Assembly: GCA_950097015.1 (NCBI GenBank)
Contig: CATNEN010000001.1
Location: 17,856,001-17,920,000, forward strand
Direction: 5' to 3'
Source of the DNA: Macrostomum hystrix
Lineage: Eukaryota; Animalia; Platyhelminthes
Length of the DNA: 64,000 nucleotides
Shown here: positions 12,729 through 25,700 of the stretch, in pieces
Layout of the letters: each line of letters starts with the position of its first letter
Numbering within the stretch: the first letter of the stretch is position 1
Program-made: the position numbers and the translations under genes
Notes under the pieces: generated by a model
What the model saw: the letters and a program-made list of their open reading frames with translations, nothing else
Told to the model about the DNA's origin: nothing
The model's database searches: none

Positions 12729-14479
12729 AATTTGAATGATTTTTAACGCAATTACGTATCACTGAAGTATGTAAAAATTATATATTTAAAAGGAACCGAT
12801 AAGGTAGCTATTTGTTGAAAATTTAAAACTACACACTCCAGCGTGTTGGGCCCTCAAAGCTCCCAAATCCGACCGTTGTCGCTTCAGACACCCAAACCCA
12901 TAGGCCATAGAATACTGTTTCATCTTTCCCTTGTCTCATCTCCCCCGAGTGTTACCTCTCCCGTGTCTCATCTCTCCTTTGTCTCATCACTTCCGTGTCT
13001 CATCTCTCCTCTGTCTCAACTCTCCCCTATCTCTGATATATTTCTCTTATATTTCTAGTCAATGCGTCCCGCTGTCGTCTTTTAGGTTTTCTTTTTGGCC
13101 TGCTTGCTAATAAGTTTGCCGACCCCTGATTAATAGCATAATCCAATCAAAGATCTCCATTTAGGGCTTGCTATACTACTGTACCTACTGACTGTAGTTC
13201 TATAAACATAAAACTATAACACATGCTATTTATTGAATAAAAAAGCCCTCGTTGACTGTTGACTGAACTAAAAAAAGCTCAGTAGTAACAGTTCCCAGGA
13301 AAATTTTCGATTTTTGCCATTCGATTCATGCAAAAAAGCTACGGTACTGTAATTTATTTTCGAAGCAGCTTGATAATTAAGAAGATTGCGTTCAGATATT
13401 TTTAAATTGTTAAACAATATAATATACGAGTGTTTAAAAAGTTTTAGCTTTTTTAAGCCTTTTTCACGCTTTATTTCTATTTTACTATTAAACGGGCCTT
13501 TTAAGCGCAACATATTTATGTATCCTATAAATCACTAATAACCAGGATCACGGAATTCAACCCGGGAATTTGGCCAATCCCGGGATCAGGAAGAAAAGGA
13601 TTTTAAGCTCTGGAAGTTAAATTTTAAGAGGGAAGATCCTTACTTTTGTTCTTCTCAAGCTCAATTGAGAATCGTTGAGATGAGACTGGCCGGGCTCTGG
13701 GGTTCGAATTAGAAGCATTGATGTGCGTGTGAAGTGGCGAATTACTATTTACAACTATCTGAATAATATAATAGTAAGTTTCAAAGCTCTACTTTCCATG
13801 TGATGTACTCGTAGATGTAAAAAGTATTGAAAATAAATTCCATAATTCTATATATACTGTAAGACTCAACTTTTTACTTTTCAGATTCTAGAAGACAATG
13901 TCATTGTCAATTACTCAATCAGTCCTTGTATTTCAAATTAAAAAAGGGTAATGAGCACATGATCTTAAAGCAATGACAGCAGTAATGCAAATCTAAAATG
14001 AAGTGAAAACACAAAATTGTGACTTGTGATTTTGAATGTAAGGTGTCAGTCATGACTCGTGTGAACCATGGCCATGTGTTGTTATTGTGAATCCTGATTA
14101 AAAAACTCTACCGTTCAATGGATATTAATTGTTTGCTGTTATAATTATTTTCATTAATAAACTGAATTCTGAAAATTGAAAAGCCCATAGAAGTCGTCAC
14201 GACTCCGGCGCGAGTCACGAGTCCACGTTATAACACGACACGACACGACCCATTGCAGTAGTACGTAGACTTCTTAGTCGTCGACTTGTGGTAGTTTTAA
14301 CAAATAAAATTACAAATAAAAAACTATTTAAGGAGTTGGAACTCGGCATTGAAAAATCTGTCCGTTTTTGCACTTAATCTTTTTAAAAAGAAAAAATTGC
14401 TCCGGGATTTTGGACCCTAAATCCCGGGATTTCAAATCCCTAGCTCCACCTAATCAATAGATAATAGAACCTATACTCA

Positions 14480-14870
14480 ATCTCTAATCTATATCTGCCT
14501 TCCCCTCTCCCATTTGTCTTCCCCTCTCCCATCTGTCTTCCCCTCTCCCATCTGTCTTCCCCTATCCCATTTGTATTCCCCCCTCCAATCTTTCTTCCCC
14601 TCTCCAATCTGTATTCCCCTCTCCAATCTTTCTTCCCCTGCCCTTCCGCCTTCCCCTCTCATATCTATCTTCCTCTCTCCATCTATCTTCCCCTCTCTAA
14701 TCTGTCTTCCCCTCTGCCATCTGTCTTCCCCTCTCTAATCTGTCTTCCCCTCTCCCATCTGTCTTCCCCCTCCAATCATTCTTCCCCTCTCCAACACTCT
14801 TTCCCTCTCCCACACTGTCTTCCCCACTATCACACTGTCTTCCTCTCTCCCATCCATTATTCCCCTCTCT
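14480..14870. repeat. CT-rich ~19-bp minisatellite (tcttcccctctcccatctg)
   Basis: Degenerate tandem copies. Confidence 0.85.
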
Positions 14871-15147
14871 CTGCTCTACAGAATCATGGACGTTGGTGGC
14901 AGCTTCGGAGGCTGTTCCGGCTAAGGTTCAGGAGAACAGGCCTACATGCAGCGGAACCGGCGGGTTGTGCTGGCTGCCCGGCTGGGTTTTATTGGCTTGG
15001 CGACCCGTAGGCCGTGGCCAGCGAGCTAGGAGGCAGTTTTTTAAATAGATTCGACACTATTTCTCTGAGCAAATGAGTCAAAGCCAATCAGAACAGTCTG
15101 CTGAGATCATCTGCTGAGATGCACTATTCATTCACACTGCTGCTCTC

Positions 15148-15468
15148 CCTCTCCCGTGTCTCATCTCTCCCGTGTCTCATCTCTCCCGTGTTTCATCTCT
15201 CCCGTGTTTCATCTCTCCCGTGTCTCATCTCTCCCGTGTTTCATCTCTCCCGTGTCTCATCTCTCCCGTGTCTAATCTCTCCCGTGTCTCATCTCTCCCG
15301 TGTCTCATCTCTCCCGTGTCTCATCTCTCCCGTGTTTCATCTCTCCCGTGTTTCATCTCTCCCGTGTCTCATCTCTCCCGTGTCTCATCTCTCCCGTGTC
15401 TCATCTCTCCCGTGTTTCATCTCTCCCGTGTTTCATCTCATCCGTCTCACCTCTGCCGTCTCATCTCT
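15148..15468. repeat. 17-bp minisatellite (tctcatctctcccgtgt), a dispersed family
   Basis: Related arrays at ~12920-13030, 34325-34890, 39040-39306 and 45760-45820. Confidence 0.9.
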
Positions 15469-15722
15469 ACCATGGTTATAGAATAATCAGATAAAAATAC
15501 TAAAAAGCTAAATCTAAAGCAGGTGACTCGGCTTCACAGGACTTTCACCTGAAGAGCAGAACTTTTGAGCCAATTTTTTTCCTTATCAGCGACCCAAAAA
15601 ACCAGACCTCATTGAAATGAAGTTACACAGTCTGCGTTGATATGCGTTTCGGTTGCTAGGTCTGGACATAGCTAGTAAGAGGGGCCACAGTCAAATTGAT
15701 TTGTCTCAAACTGTATAAATTT

Positions 15723-16800
15723 AGTCTAACAGTTGAGCAGTCTGTCTAACAGTTGAGCAATTTGTCTAACATTTGAGCAATTTGTCTAACAGCTCGGCTA
15801 TAAAACTAACAGTTGAGCAGTCTGTCTAACAGTTGAGCAGTCTGTCTAACAGTTGAGCAATTTGTCTAACATTTGAGCAATTTGTCTAACATTTGAGCAA
15901 TATGTCTAACATTTGAGCAATTGGTCTAACAGTTGAGCAATTTGTCTAACAGCTCGGCTATAAAACTAACAGTTGAGCAGTCTGTCTAACAGTTGAGCAA
16001 TTTGTCTAACATTTGAGCAATTTGTCTAACAGCTCGGCTATAAAACTAACAGTTGAGCAATCTGTCTAACATTTGAGCAATCTGTCTAACAGTTAAGCAG
16101 TCTGTCTAACAGTTGAGCAGTCTGTCTAACAGTTGAGCAATCTGTCTAACAGTTGAGCAATCTGTCTAACAGTTGAGCAATCTGTCTAACATTTGAGCAA
16201 TCTGTCTAACATTTGAGCAATCTGTCTAACATTTGAGCAATCTGTCTAACATTTGAGCAATCTGTCTAACAGTTGAGCAATCTGTCTAACAGTTGAGCAA
16301 TCTGTCTAACAGTTGAGCAATCTGTCTAACATTTGAGCAATCTGTCTAACAGTTGAGCAATCTGTCTAACATTTGAGCAATCTGTCTAACATTTGAGCAA
16401 TCTGTCTAACAGTTAAGCAGTCTGTCTAACAGTTGAGCAATCTGTCTAACATTTGAGCAATCTGTCTAACAGTTGAGCAATCTGTCTAACAGTTGAGCAA
16501 TCTGTCTAACATTTGAGCAATCTGTCTAACAGTTAAGCAGTCTGTCTAACAGTTGAGCAATTTGTCTAACATTTGAGCAATTTGTCTAAAAGCTCGGCTA
16601 TAAAACTAACAGTTGAGCAGTCTGTCTAACAGTTGAGCAATTTGTCTAACATTTGAGCAATATGTCTAAAAGCTCGGCTATAAAACTAACAGTTGAGCAA
16701 TATGTCTAACATTTGAGCAATTGGTCTAACATTTGAGCAATTGGTCTAACAGTTGAGCAATTTGTCTAACAGCTCGGCTATAAAACTAACAGTTGAGCAA
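15723..16800. repeat. 20-bp minisatellite (tctgtctaacagttgagcaa) with variant units
   Basis: About 50 tandem copies. Confidence 0.95.
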
Positions 16801-17215
16801 ACGGTCAAACAAATTCGTCTAATTTTTATAGATACTGATAAATATGGTATTCCTCAAATTTCTCGATCCTATTAAATGGAATATTTTTCATGTCGTGCGT
16901 CCAAGGTAGAATGAATTGAAAATCTAATCATTTTAAATACTTTACTTAGCAGTATTAAATTAGAGTGGACATTCCAGTTGGGGCTTGCCCCATTTTCCGA
17001 TCGGATGTTTCGCACGCTGACTACCAGCGTTAGGGATCGAGGTCGTTTAGAACTTATATTGATTAAACTGGGCAAAATGTAGCCGAAAAGTTATATTAAA
17101 ATGTAGACTTTTACTATTTAAAAGTATATTTGCGATAATCAAAACTTCAAATCCAGCTGCAAAAGAACTTATTACACAAAGTGCTTTTTATTTGTTTACC
17201 CAGCTCAAAGCAATC

Positions 17216-18349
17216 TCAAGATAAGCCGCGAATCGGCGGCACCCTGCCAGTTTGCATCCACTCCGATACCAATCGAGCGTTCTGCGCCACATTCAGCATT
17301 TGGCGGGACATGACGCTCGCCGGATCGTGCTGCAACAGCCGCTGCTCCGTAGTGCCCCTGCGCACCCTCCTAGTCAGGCCTCGGAGCCATTCGGCTTGGT
17401 CAAGACGTTGTCGAACTGCTTGACATTTTTCGCATCTCGCCGGGTTGTGCATAGCCGCTGATGTCAGTACTCGACCACCGCGACGCAGACTGTCTACTAG
17501 AAGCTGCTCGACAGTGAGGCGAGGAACTTCTAAGCCGATTGTTGTTGGTAAAATAGGAAAATAGCTGTTGGGGTGATGATGCGAGTCTACTGCAGGTTTG
17601 AAGGGCTTCGAGCGCAGTCGTCTGAGCAGAGCTCGCGCAGTCGCCTCGGCGCTCTGCGCATCGACGAATGCCTCCGACGGCTGCAGCGCCGATGACTTCG
17701 TCTTCGGCAGCAGGGCTGGAGGTGAAGTCGATTCAAATGACGACTCGCTGCGAGCTGTACGAGCCAGACGCTCGTGAGCGTCATCTAGGAAGCGATACTC
17801 TGCCTGCACTTCAGCGTTAGCAGCCGTCAGCTCTTCGATCGACATAATTCGCAGGCGACTCATTGTGCCGTTCAAGCCGTCGCAATTCGATGACGATGAC
17901 GAATCCTCGCTTGCTGATCGCCGACTTTCTGTTCTTGTTCGCCGAGCTGAACGCGAGTTTGTCACGGTTCCAGTGCCAGTTGTTGTAGCTTCGAAGCTGC
18001 TCGAGTAGCTGACTGAGGCCTGATTCGCCGTTGAACGCCGGGATCTGGCAGTGAGCAGGGGCTGCGCAGGAGCGCCTAGCAGCACACCCAGATGAGCTTC
18101 AGCATCGTCAGCAGACTCGCCGTTCTCCTCGCCTCGGAAGAGCAGGGTTGGCGCGTAGATGCAGATTAAACGCTTATGTGGCTCGTCGTGATAGCGGTAA
18201 GACACGGCAGCATCGTCTGGATGCTCGTCAGTCTCGCTGGAGTCAGTCTGCTCTGCTGCCGCTCGCAGCGATCTGTCTGAGTTGCTGATGCCAGTTGAAC
18301 TGTGGAAGTCCTCGGCATAGCTGGCTCCTGTAGCTAAGGAGTCTGACAT
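17216..18349 (-). CDS. 377-aa single-exon protein, C8orf48/DUF4606-like C-terminus
   Basis: Long GC-rich non-repetitive ORF; AATAAA ~25 nt after the stop (17192-17187); VP-x24-H-x4-CxxC-x3-R-x2-L motif matches my recollection of C8orf48. Confidence 0.7.
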   Translation of the reverse strand: MSDSLATGASYAEDFHSSTGISNSDRSLRAAAEQTDSSETDEHPDDAAVSYRYHDEPHKRLICIYAPTLLFRGEENGESADDAEAHLGVLLGAPAQPLLTARSRRSTANQASVSYSSSFEATTTGTGTVTNSRSARRTRTESRRSASEDSSSSSNCDGLNGTMSRLRIMSIEELTAANAEVQAEYRFLDDAHERLARTARSESSFESTSPPALLPKTKSSALQPSEAFVDAQSAEATARALLRRLRSKPFKPAVDSHHHPNSYFPILPTTIGLEVPRLTVEQLLVDSLRRGGRVLTSAAMHNPARCEKCQAVRQRLDQAEWLRGLTRRVRRGTTEQRLLQHDPASVMSRQMLNVAQNARLVSEWMQTGRVPPIRGLS

Positions 18350-19049
18350 GTTGCAGTCAGTGCTTGAGAAATTAAAACACGCTTTTGTGTAAATATCTTA
18401 TCCTCTGACCAACGATTTGCAAGCCTGAAGCGTATTATTGTATCAATGCCTTTGTGTTGTTTCCTTGTATGTTCTCTCTTTCTGAATTTTTTCTCTCCAC
18501 TCTTTTCTCTGCATGCCTATCTCTCTCTCTCTTTAGCCACGAGCTGCGCCTGCCTATCCACTGAGTACACTTCAGGTGTACGCAGAGCTGATGAGCAGCG
18601 GCACTGACAAATTGGCATGGAGTTGGCATAGTACCGACTCTCCTCTCTTCTCTTTTAGCCACTCTATCAATGCTGTACATGAATGCTCTGCACTGTACAT
18701 TACCTTTCGCGTGGCTCTGCTTTATAGATTTTACAAACTTTTAATCGGGATATGATGGCAATGTGAGGGATTAACAAGTATTATGATCGCAATTAAGTGT
18801 CTTTCTCGTGGGCCACAAAATACCACAAAGTACTATCGATTGCAATTTAGATTTATAGACCCATTCAAAATACTTATCGAAGGTCTTACAGCTGATAAAA
18901 CCAAATAGATAAACAATCGAGTCTAATTGAGCTACGAGGAAAAGTCTTGGGTTGGAATTCGAACTCCAGACATCTCTGTTAAGAAGACTAAATGTATAAG
19001 TGGCTAGAAAGCTTAAAATGGTCTGCATTAAGGTCAAGCGACCCTGAAC

Positions 19050-19092
19050 CAAGGACTACTAAAATAACCTATCTTTAATTTAGTAGTCCTTG
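19050..19092. mobile_element. Ultra-short (43-bp) TIR element or footprint
   Basis: Perfect 14-bp TIR CAAGGACTACTAAA / TTTAGTAGTCCTTG; flanking 8-bp near-TSD CCCTGAAC / CACTGAAC. Confidence 0.6.
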
Positions 19093-20902
19093 CACTGAAC
19101 TAAAACTACCACTCTAAAGAATACGCTCATGTTCATGTTCTGAGATTAACTGTAATCGGTGGAGCGTTACATGTAAATATAGCTCGTATTTATGATCCAA
19201 ATGAAATATCGAGATACAATACACTGGCGCCTCGAGCGCTTGTGAGCTTTAGCTTAATTTACATCAACTGTAAAGATCGATAAACATATTTTACTTTAGG
19301 ACCACTAGAAGAAGTATAGCTTTTTATTCCACTATTTTTGGATTCATCGACATAATGCAGACCTCGTCTTGTCTGCTTCTTGTCTGAGCCAAATCTACAG
19401 CTGCTAGTACGACTTTTCTTTTTTTTAAAGTTATCATTTTTTCCAAGTCGGGTTCGACTCTCGGTTGATCATGTATATTGCTCCAAAAACGACATTGTAC
19501 AAAGATCGAAATATATAAAACCAAGACTAAATATGACAGAGGAAACTCTAATCTAAGAGTGTTGAGATTTCAGTTTCAGTGCCCGAGATTCAAAGCGCAT
19601 CATAAAATATTTGGTTTGATGCAAATTAGGAATTCTAATTTTTCGTAGACGATAAAAGAAATTTGAGGCTGTGATGAGGTCGACTCGTGTTATTACAGAC
19701 ACATAGAAAACTTTTTCGTAAAACACTAGAGCCAATAGAGCATACAGCATAGATATCTATAAATGCAAATTAAATGTATTTTAATCGCCTTTCTTAGGTG
19801 TAAAACTGAAATTTTGTTTTTTCGAGTAAACTTTTTGCACATTTTTAATGGAAATTCTGTCTCGAATGAAATTTATTTCACAGGAATATATTTACCTTTG
19901 ATCGAATACATGTAGAAAATGTCCCGTACCTTTATTTTAATTTAAGCACTCCTAATGTTTCTCTTCTATAAAAAAATTATTTCTCAATGAAAAAATATTT
20001 CAAAAATACTGAGTAACTCATCAAATTCAGTCTTATTAAACCTTAAAAGAAATAAATGCTGTTTTAAGTTTCATTATTTTATATTGGTTGCAAAACTAGG
20101 CCCTAGTCTATTTGTTCCTCAATTCTTTAAGAATTCAAATTTTTCCGGAAAAAAGTTGTATAGTTATGATGAAACATTGTTTATTTCTACATTATTCTCT
20201 TATCTCTATGTCTAGGGTCAAGGCTATAGCATCCCTAGGATATGCCGATCTAAAAAGATGAGAGTCAAGGCTACAACCACCAAGTGCCAAAGAGTCTAAA
20301 TGTTAGGGCATTTTTGTTGGGAAAACAGGTTTATAATAATACCTTGAATTTTTTACTAAATGAAGTGGATGTGATTCTTGTAAATTCACTTGCTTTTAAA
20401 TTGGAAATTAATTTTCAGGCTTTCATATCAAAATGACCATGCACCAAAATGGCCACTTGACAAAAATGCTGCATATCACAACAGCAACTATAAATAAAAC
20501 AACTAGGCCTACAGTCTTTGAATTTAACTGTTTAGAATGTAAAGCATAAAATTCTAATTCTGCTAAACTTACAAACATTTAGAAACTTTTTGAAATTCTT
20601 GCTGTGTCAAAAGTATGGTTATGTTGTGGAATTTACAGTATTTAATTGCTTATTTATACCTTTACACCTCACATTTGCACATGGGCTATGTAATTTAGTA
20701 TACTTGCACCATATTTAGCCTAGAAATTATACCCTTTTATTATAATGTCTGATGTCTATTCACATTATAATTATTAAGACTCATTTTGTCTTAATTATTA
20801 AGGATTATTAAGGATATACAATTACAAGTAGTAAGACAAAATCCAACTCCATTGGTTCTTTTTACCATTCAGAGCAAAATTTGTTTATATAGTATATTAA
20901 AT

Positions 20903-21663
20903 GGTACCTGGACACTTCGTCATCTTACAACTTCGTCATCTAGATGACAATCTGTCCAATATTTCAGAAGGTGGATGACAAAGAGACTTAGACTTGTAGA
21001 CACTTTGTTATCCATTAAACAAAAGTTTTCAAAGTTAGAACAAAACCACCCCTCCTCATATCGTGTTGGCACCTATCTTTTAACTCTTATAGTTATATTA
21101 TAATAAAATCAGTTTTGACACCTATTTTTGACTATTTAGAGTATAAAGTGTGTTCACACCTCTGTCCTACCACCCCACCCTCACTTTATTGATGATAAAC
21201 TTGATTTCTTGTTATTAGCCTAGATGGAATTCTTGTAAAAAATCACAATGCGTTATGTGATTACACCAAAAAAATGTGATTTTGCATAAAAAAATCCGGA
21301 AAAATGTGGCACAGAATTTAATTGCTAATTCTTAATATATGCAAAAGTGCGCTTGAGATATTGGATTTTGCAAAAGATAATCCTACTAGCTAAGATCACA
21401 AAGAAACAAAGAATAAAAAGTAAAAACTAAATAAGGCACAAAAGTAAAAATTCAAAAAAATTCTATAAAAAGTAGAAACTTGTAACATTCTCTAACATAC
21501 GTATTTGGACAAAAATTCAAATCACTACATTGTCTTAGAATGCTTTTTTCGTTATTGTCTTATTGATTACTTTTTTAGATTGGTTTTAAATTGGTTGGAT
21601 GACAAAGTGTCCTACCTTCCAAGTTGATGATAAAGTTGTAAGATGATAAAGTGTCTAAGATCC
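20903..21663. mobile_element. MULE-like MITE, 761 bp
   Basis: ~38-bp imperfect TIRs (ggtacctggacacttcgtcatcttacaacttcgtcatc vs rc ggatcttagacactttatcatcttacaactttatcatc); 8-bp TSD TATTAAAT at 20895-20902 and 21664-21671. Confidence 0.75.
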
Positions 21664-22752
21664 TATTAAATTAGTACTTTTGTGTGGCCATTATGTCATC
21701 TGGCATTATGCCTTTCAGCCATTTCATTTGTGGCCATTTTGACATATACTGGTTTTTAATACAGTACTTATGGAAATTCAATAATACCTATTATTATATA
21801 TGTAACATTAAAAGCTTAATTGAATCAAATGCTTGACAAAAAATAAATACAAAATTCTGAATTTTAATTTATTTACATATATTACTTTCAAATAAGGAAT
21901 ACAAAATTTTATCAGTAAGTTTAACATATATTTGTATTTTGAAAACTCCAATAGAGTGCTCTTGCACATTACATTGCATATTCTATATTCAGAAAAATAA
22001 ATATATAAAGCCTACATGTGGAGGCATAAAGCAATATACAAATTAGTTAAAAAATTATATAATGATTAGCAAATTTTTAATAAAAAATCAAATATGATTT
22101 ACACATTTTTTACAGTTTTAATTTTTAAATCATAACTTACAATGTTCCACAATGCATTAGGAAAAATTCTGAATTCAAAAGTCTAGTATTTGTCCTAAGA
22201 ATCCTAAATTATTAGAAGCCAACACTAAGCAGTATGCCATGATATTTTGCTCATTAACACTACATGTATACAAATAGAATTACAACTAAATTTTATTGCT
22301 AGAAAGAAAGCAAGATCAAATTAAATTAGTATTTGCTTATGGCTACTCCTTTGCATTCTAATTGCTAGATGTTGACCTTTAGTTGTCCACTTTTTATGTG
22401 TTTACAAGATAATATATTTTCAATATATCTTAATAAAAGCTACAAAATAATTTTCTGATTTTAGGTCTTGTTTTGCACATAGCACATTAGCCTAGTCTCA
22501 TTTGTTTTTCATCAAATGTATAACCTGGTGACTAACTATATCGGTATTAAATAGTAATATATAGTTATAATATTGTTTTATTTGATATGTTGCTTAGATT
22601 TTCTAGTGATCATATAAGTAGATTACTAAGACTATTGTACTTCTTATACCTAGGAGTGTGAGGATAATGATGATCATTAAAGTTATCAAGATTAAGTCGC
22701 CGATTAAAATGTACTAAACATATTTTTTGTTCCCTTTATTGCAGACTAACAA

Positions 22753-25700
22753 ATGTCAGGCGAACAAGGTGACACTGCTGGCAGCAGCAGCAGCAAAGCA
22801 CTAGTAAAATCAGCAGCAGGTGGCTCCAAAGTACCCCTGGCTGAAGCATTGAGCGCACTAAAATTGTCAACTGCGTCATCTGGTGCAGCTGAAACGGTGG
22901 CATCGGGCAGTAGTACAAGTGCACCTCGTCGCATGGACGAAGCCAAACAAAGGGAGTACAAATTCTGGGCAACCCAGCCTGTGCCACAGGGCTTCGCTGC
23001 TGAGTCTCAGCCAATTAGCGAGCCGATTGAAGCCGATAAGCCTAAAGAGGAGATTCGTCAGGAGCCCTACGACATTCCCAACATTTTTGATTGGAGCGAG
23101 GTCGACTTAGAAAACGAATCCCAACTGCAGGAGTTGTACACTCTGCTAAATGAGAACTATGTTGAAGATGAGGACGAGTTGTTCAGGTGAGTTTTTCTTT
23201 AGGAACTCACCTTAGGGTCATTCGTGTGTCAGGAACTCACCTGATGGCCATAAGAGTTTCAGAAATTCACCTGATGGTCATAAGAGTTTCAGAAATTCAC
23301 CTGATGGCCATAAGAGTTTCAGAAATTCACTTGATGGTCATAAGAGTTTCAGAAATTCACCTGATGGCCATAAGAGTTTCAGAAATTCACTTGATGGTCA
23401 TAAGAGTTTCAGAAATTCACCTGATGGTCATAAGAGTTTCAGAAATTCACCTGATGGTCATAAGAGTTTCAGAAATTCACTTGATGGTCATAAGAGTTTC
23501 AGAAATTCACTTGATGGTCATAAGAGTTTCAGAAATTCACTTGATGGTCATAAGAGTTTCAGAAATTCACCTGATGGTCATAAGAGTTTCAGAAATTCAC
23601 CTGATGGTCATAAGAGTTTCAGAAATTCACTTGATGGTCATAAGAGTTTCAGAAATTCACCTGATGGTCATAAGAGTTTCAGAAATTCACCTGATGGCCA
23701 TAAGAGTTTCAGAAATTCACTTGATGGTCATAAGAGTTTCAGAAATTCACCTGATGGTCATGGAGTTTGTCAGGAACTCATCTGAGGGTCATGGAGTGTC
23801 AGGAACTCATCTGAGGGTCATGGCGTTTGTTAGGAACTCACCTGAGGGTCATGGAGTGTCAGGAACTCACCTGAGGGTCATGGAGTTTCTCAGGTACTGA
23901 CCTGAGGGTCATGGAGTGTCAGGAACTCACCTGAGAGTCATGTAGTTTGTCAGGAACTCATCTGAGGGTCATGGAGTGTCAGGAACTCACCTGAGGGCCA
24001 TGGAGTGTCAGGAACTCACCTGAGAGTCATGTAGTTTGTCAGGAACTCACCCGAGGGTCATTGGGGTGTCAGGAACTCACCTGAGGGTCATGGAGTTTCT
24101 CAGGTACTGACCTGAGGGTCATGGAGTGTCAGGAACTCACCTGAGAGTCATGTAGTTTGTCAGGAACTCACCCGAGGGTCATTGGTGTGTCAGGAACTCA
24201 CTCTATGATCAGTTACTCTCGTCAGTCTCAAGTGTATTCCCCACGGAACCTACGCTCAGGTTTGACTATTCCCCGGCCTTCTTACGCTGGGCTCTGCAGC
24301 CGCCTGGTTGGCGACCCGACTGGCACGTCGGCGTCCGAGTTCGCAGCAATCGCAAACTGGTTGGCTTCATTAGCGCCATCCCTGCGGGCGTTCGGGTTCG
24401 CGATCGGCGCGTCGACATGGTCGAGATCAACTTCCTGTGCGTGCACAAACGATTGCGCGGCAAACGAGTCGCCCCCGTGCTCATCAAAGAGATTACCAGG
24501 CGGGTGAATCTCACTGGCCGATTTCAGGCTGTCTACACTGGCGGCGTTGTGCTGCCTAAACCCGTTGCCACCTGCCGGTATTATCACAGGTGGGCTTTTA
24601 TCATAGTTGGCTGATTCAAGGCTGTGTACTTACCCTAATTTATAGAGAATTAGAAATCTCATTGCTTAAGAACACCATTTTTCGTACTATTTGTGGGCTA
24701 CAAGCTTGGGTTATTAGTTTTGGCAAATATGCATTGGTCATTGTGACATGGTCGGAACACAGGTGTTTTCATCTGCCCTGACTTTTCTCATCGTCACACT
24801 TTCCTAATCCGTTGTAAATTTTACCCCTCTTCCCCTTTCGTCAGATCGCTTAACCCGCGCAAGCTGGTGGAGTGTCAGTTCAGCTCACTGCAGCGCAACA
24901 TGACCATGGCCCGAGCCATCAAACTGTACAAGCTGCCAGACGAGCCGAAGAATCCTAGCTTTCAGGTCATGCAGTCGAAGCATATGAGCCAGGCATTTCA
25001 GCTGCTCAAAGACTATTTGGCCACGTTTAAGCTGGCGCCTGAATTCAATGGTGAGATTTTTGCGACCATTTTACCTGGCCATCCTTAATCCCGTCTGGAA
25101 TCCCGTCACGAATTTGAGTCTAATCCCAAACCCCCGTCCTTTTTAATCATTATATCTCCTTCTGCTACATCGAAAGTCCCTTCCCAGATCCCCATGTCCT
25201 CCCGAATCCCTTCCCAGATCCCCATGTTATCCCGAATCCCTTCCAAGATCTCCATGTCATCCCGAATCCCTTCCCAGATCCCCATGTCCTCCCGAATCCC
25301 TTCCCAGATCCCCATGTTATCCCGAATCCCTTCCAAGATCTCCATGTCATCCCGAATCCCTTCCCAGATCTCCATGTCATCCCAAATCCCTTCCCAGATC
25401 CCCTTGTCCACCCAAATCCCTTCCCAGTTCCCCATGTCCTCCCGAATCCCTTCCCAAATCCCCATGTCCTCCCGAATCCCTTCCCAGATCTCCATGTCAT
25501 CCCGGATCCCTTCCCAGATCTCCATGTCCTCCCGAATCCCTTCCCAGATCTCCATGTCATTCCAAATCCCTTCCCAAATCCCCATGTCATCCCACATCCC
25601 TTTCCAGATCTCCATGTCATTTCAAATCGCTTCCCAGATCCCCATATCATCCCAAATCTCTTCCCAGATCCCCATGTCATCCCACATCCCTTCCCAGATC

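Noticed and set aside
13112-14442. Two hAT-like right ends (agtttgccgacccctg ~13112-13127; atcccgggatttcaaatcccta ~14421-14442)
   Set aside because: No matching left TIR or TSD found, so no element could be delimited.
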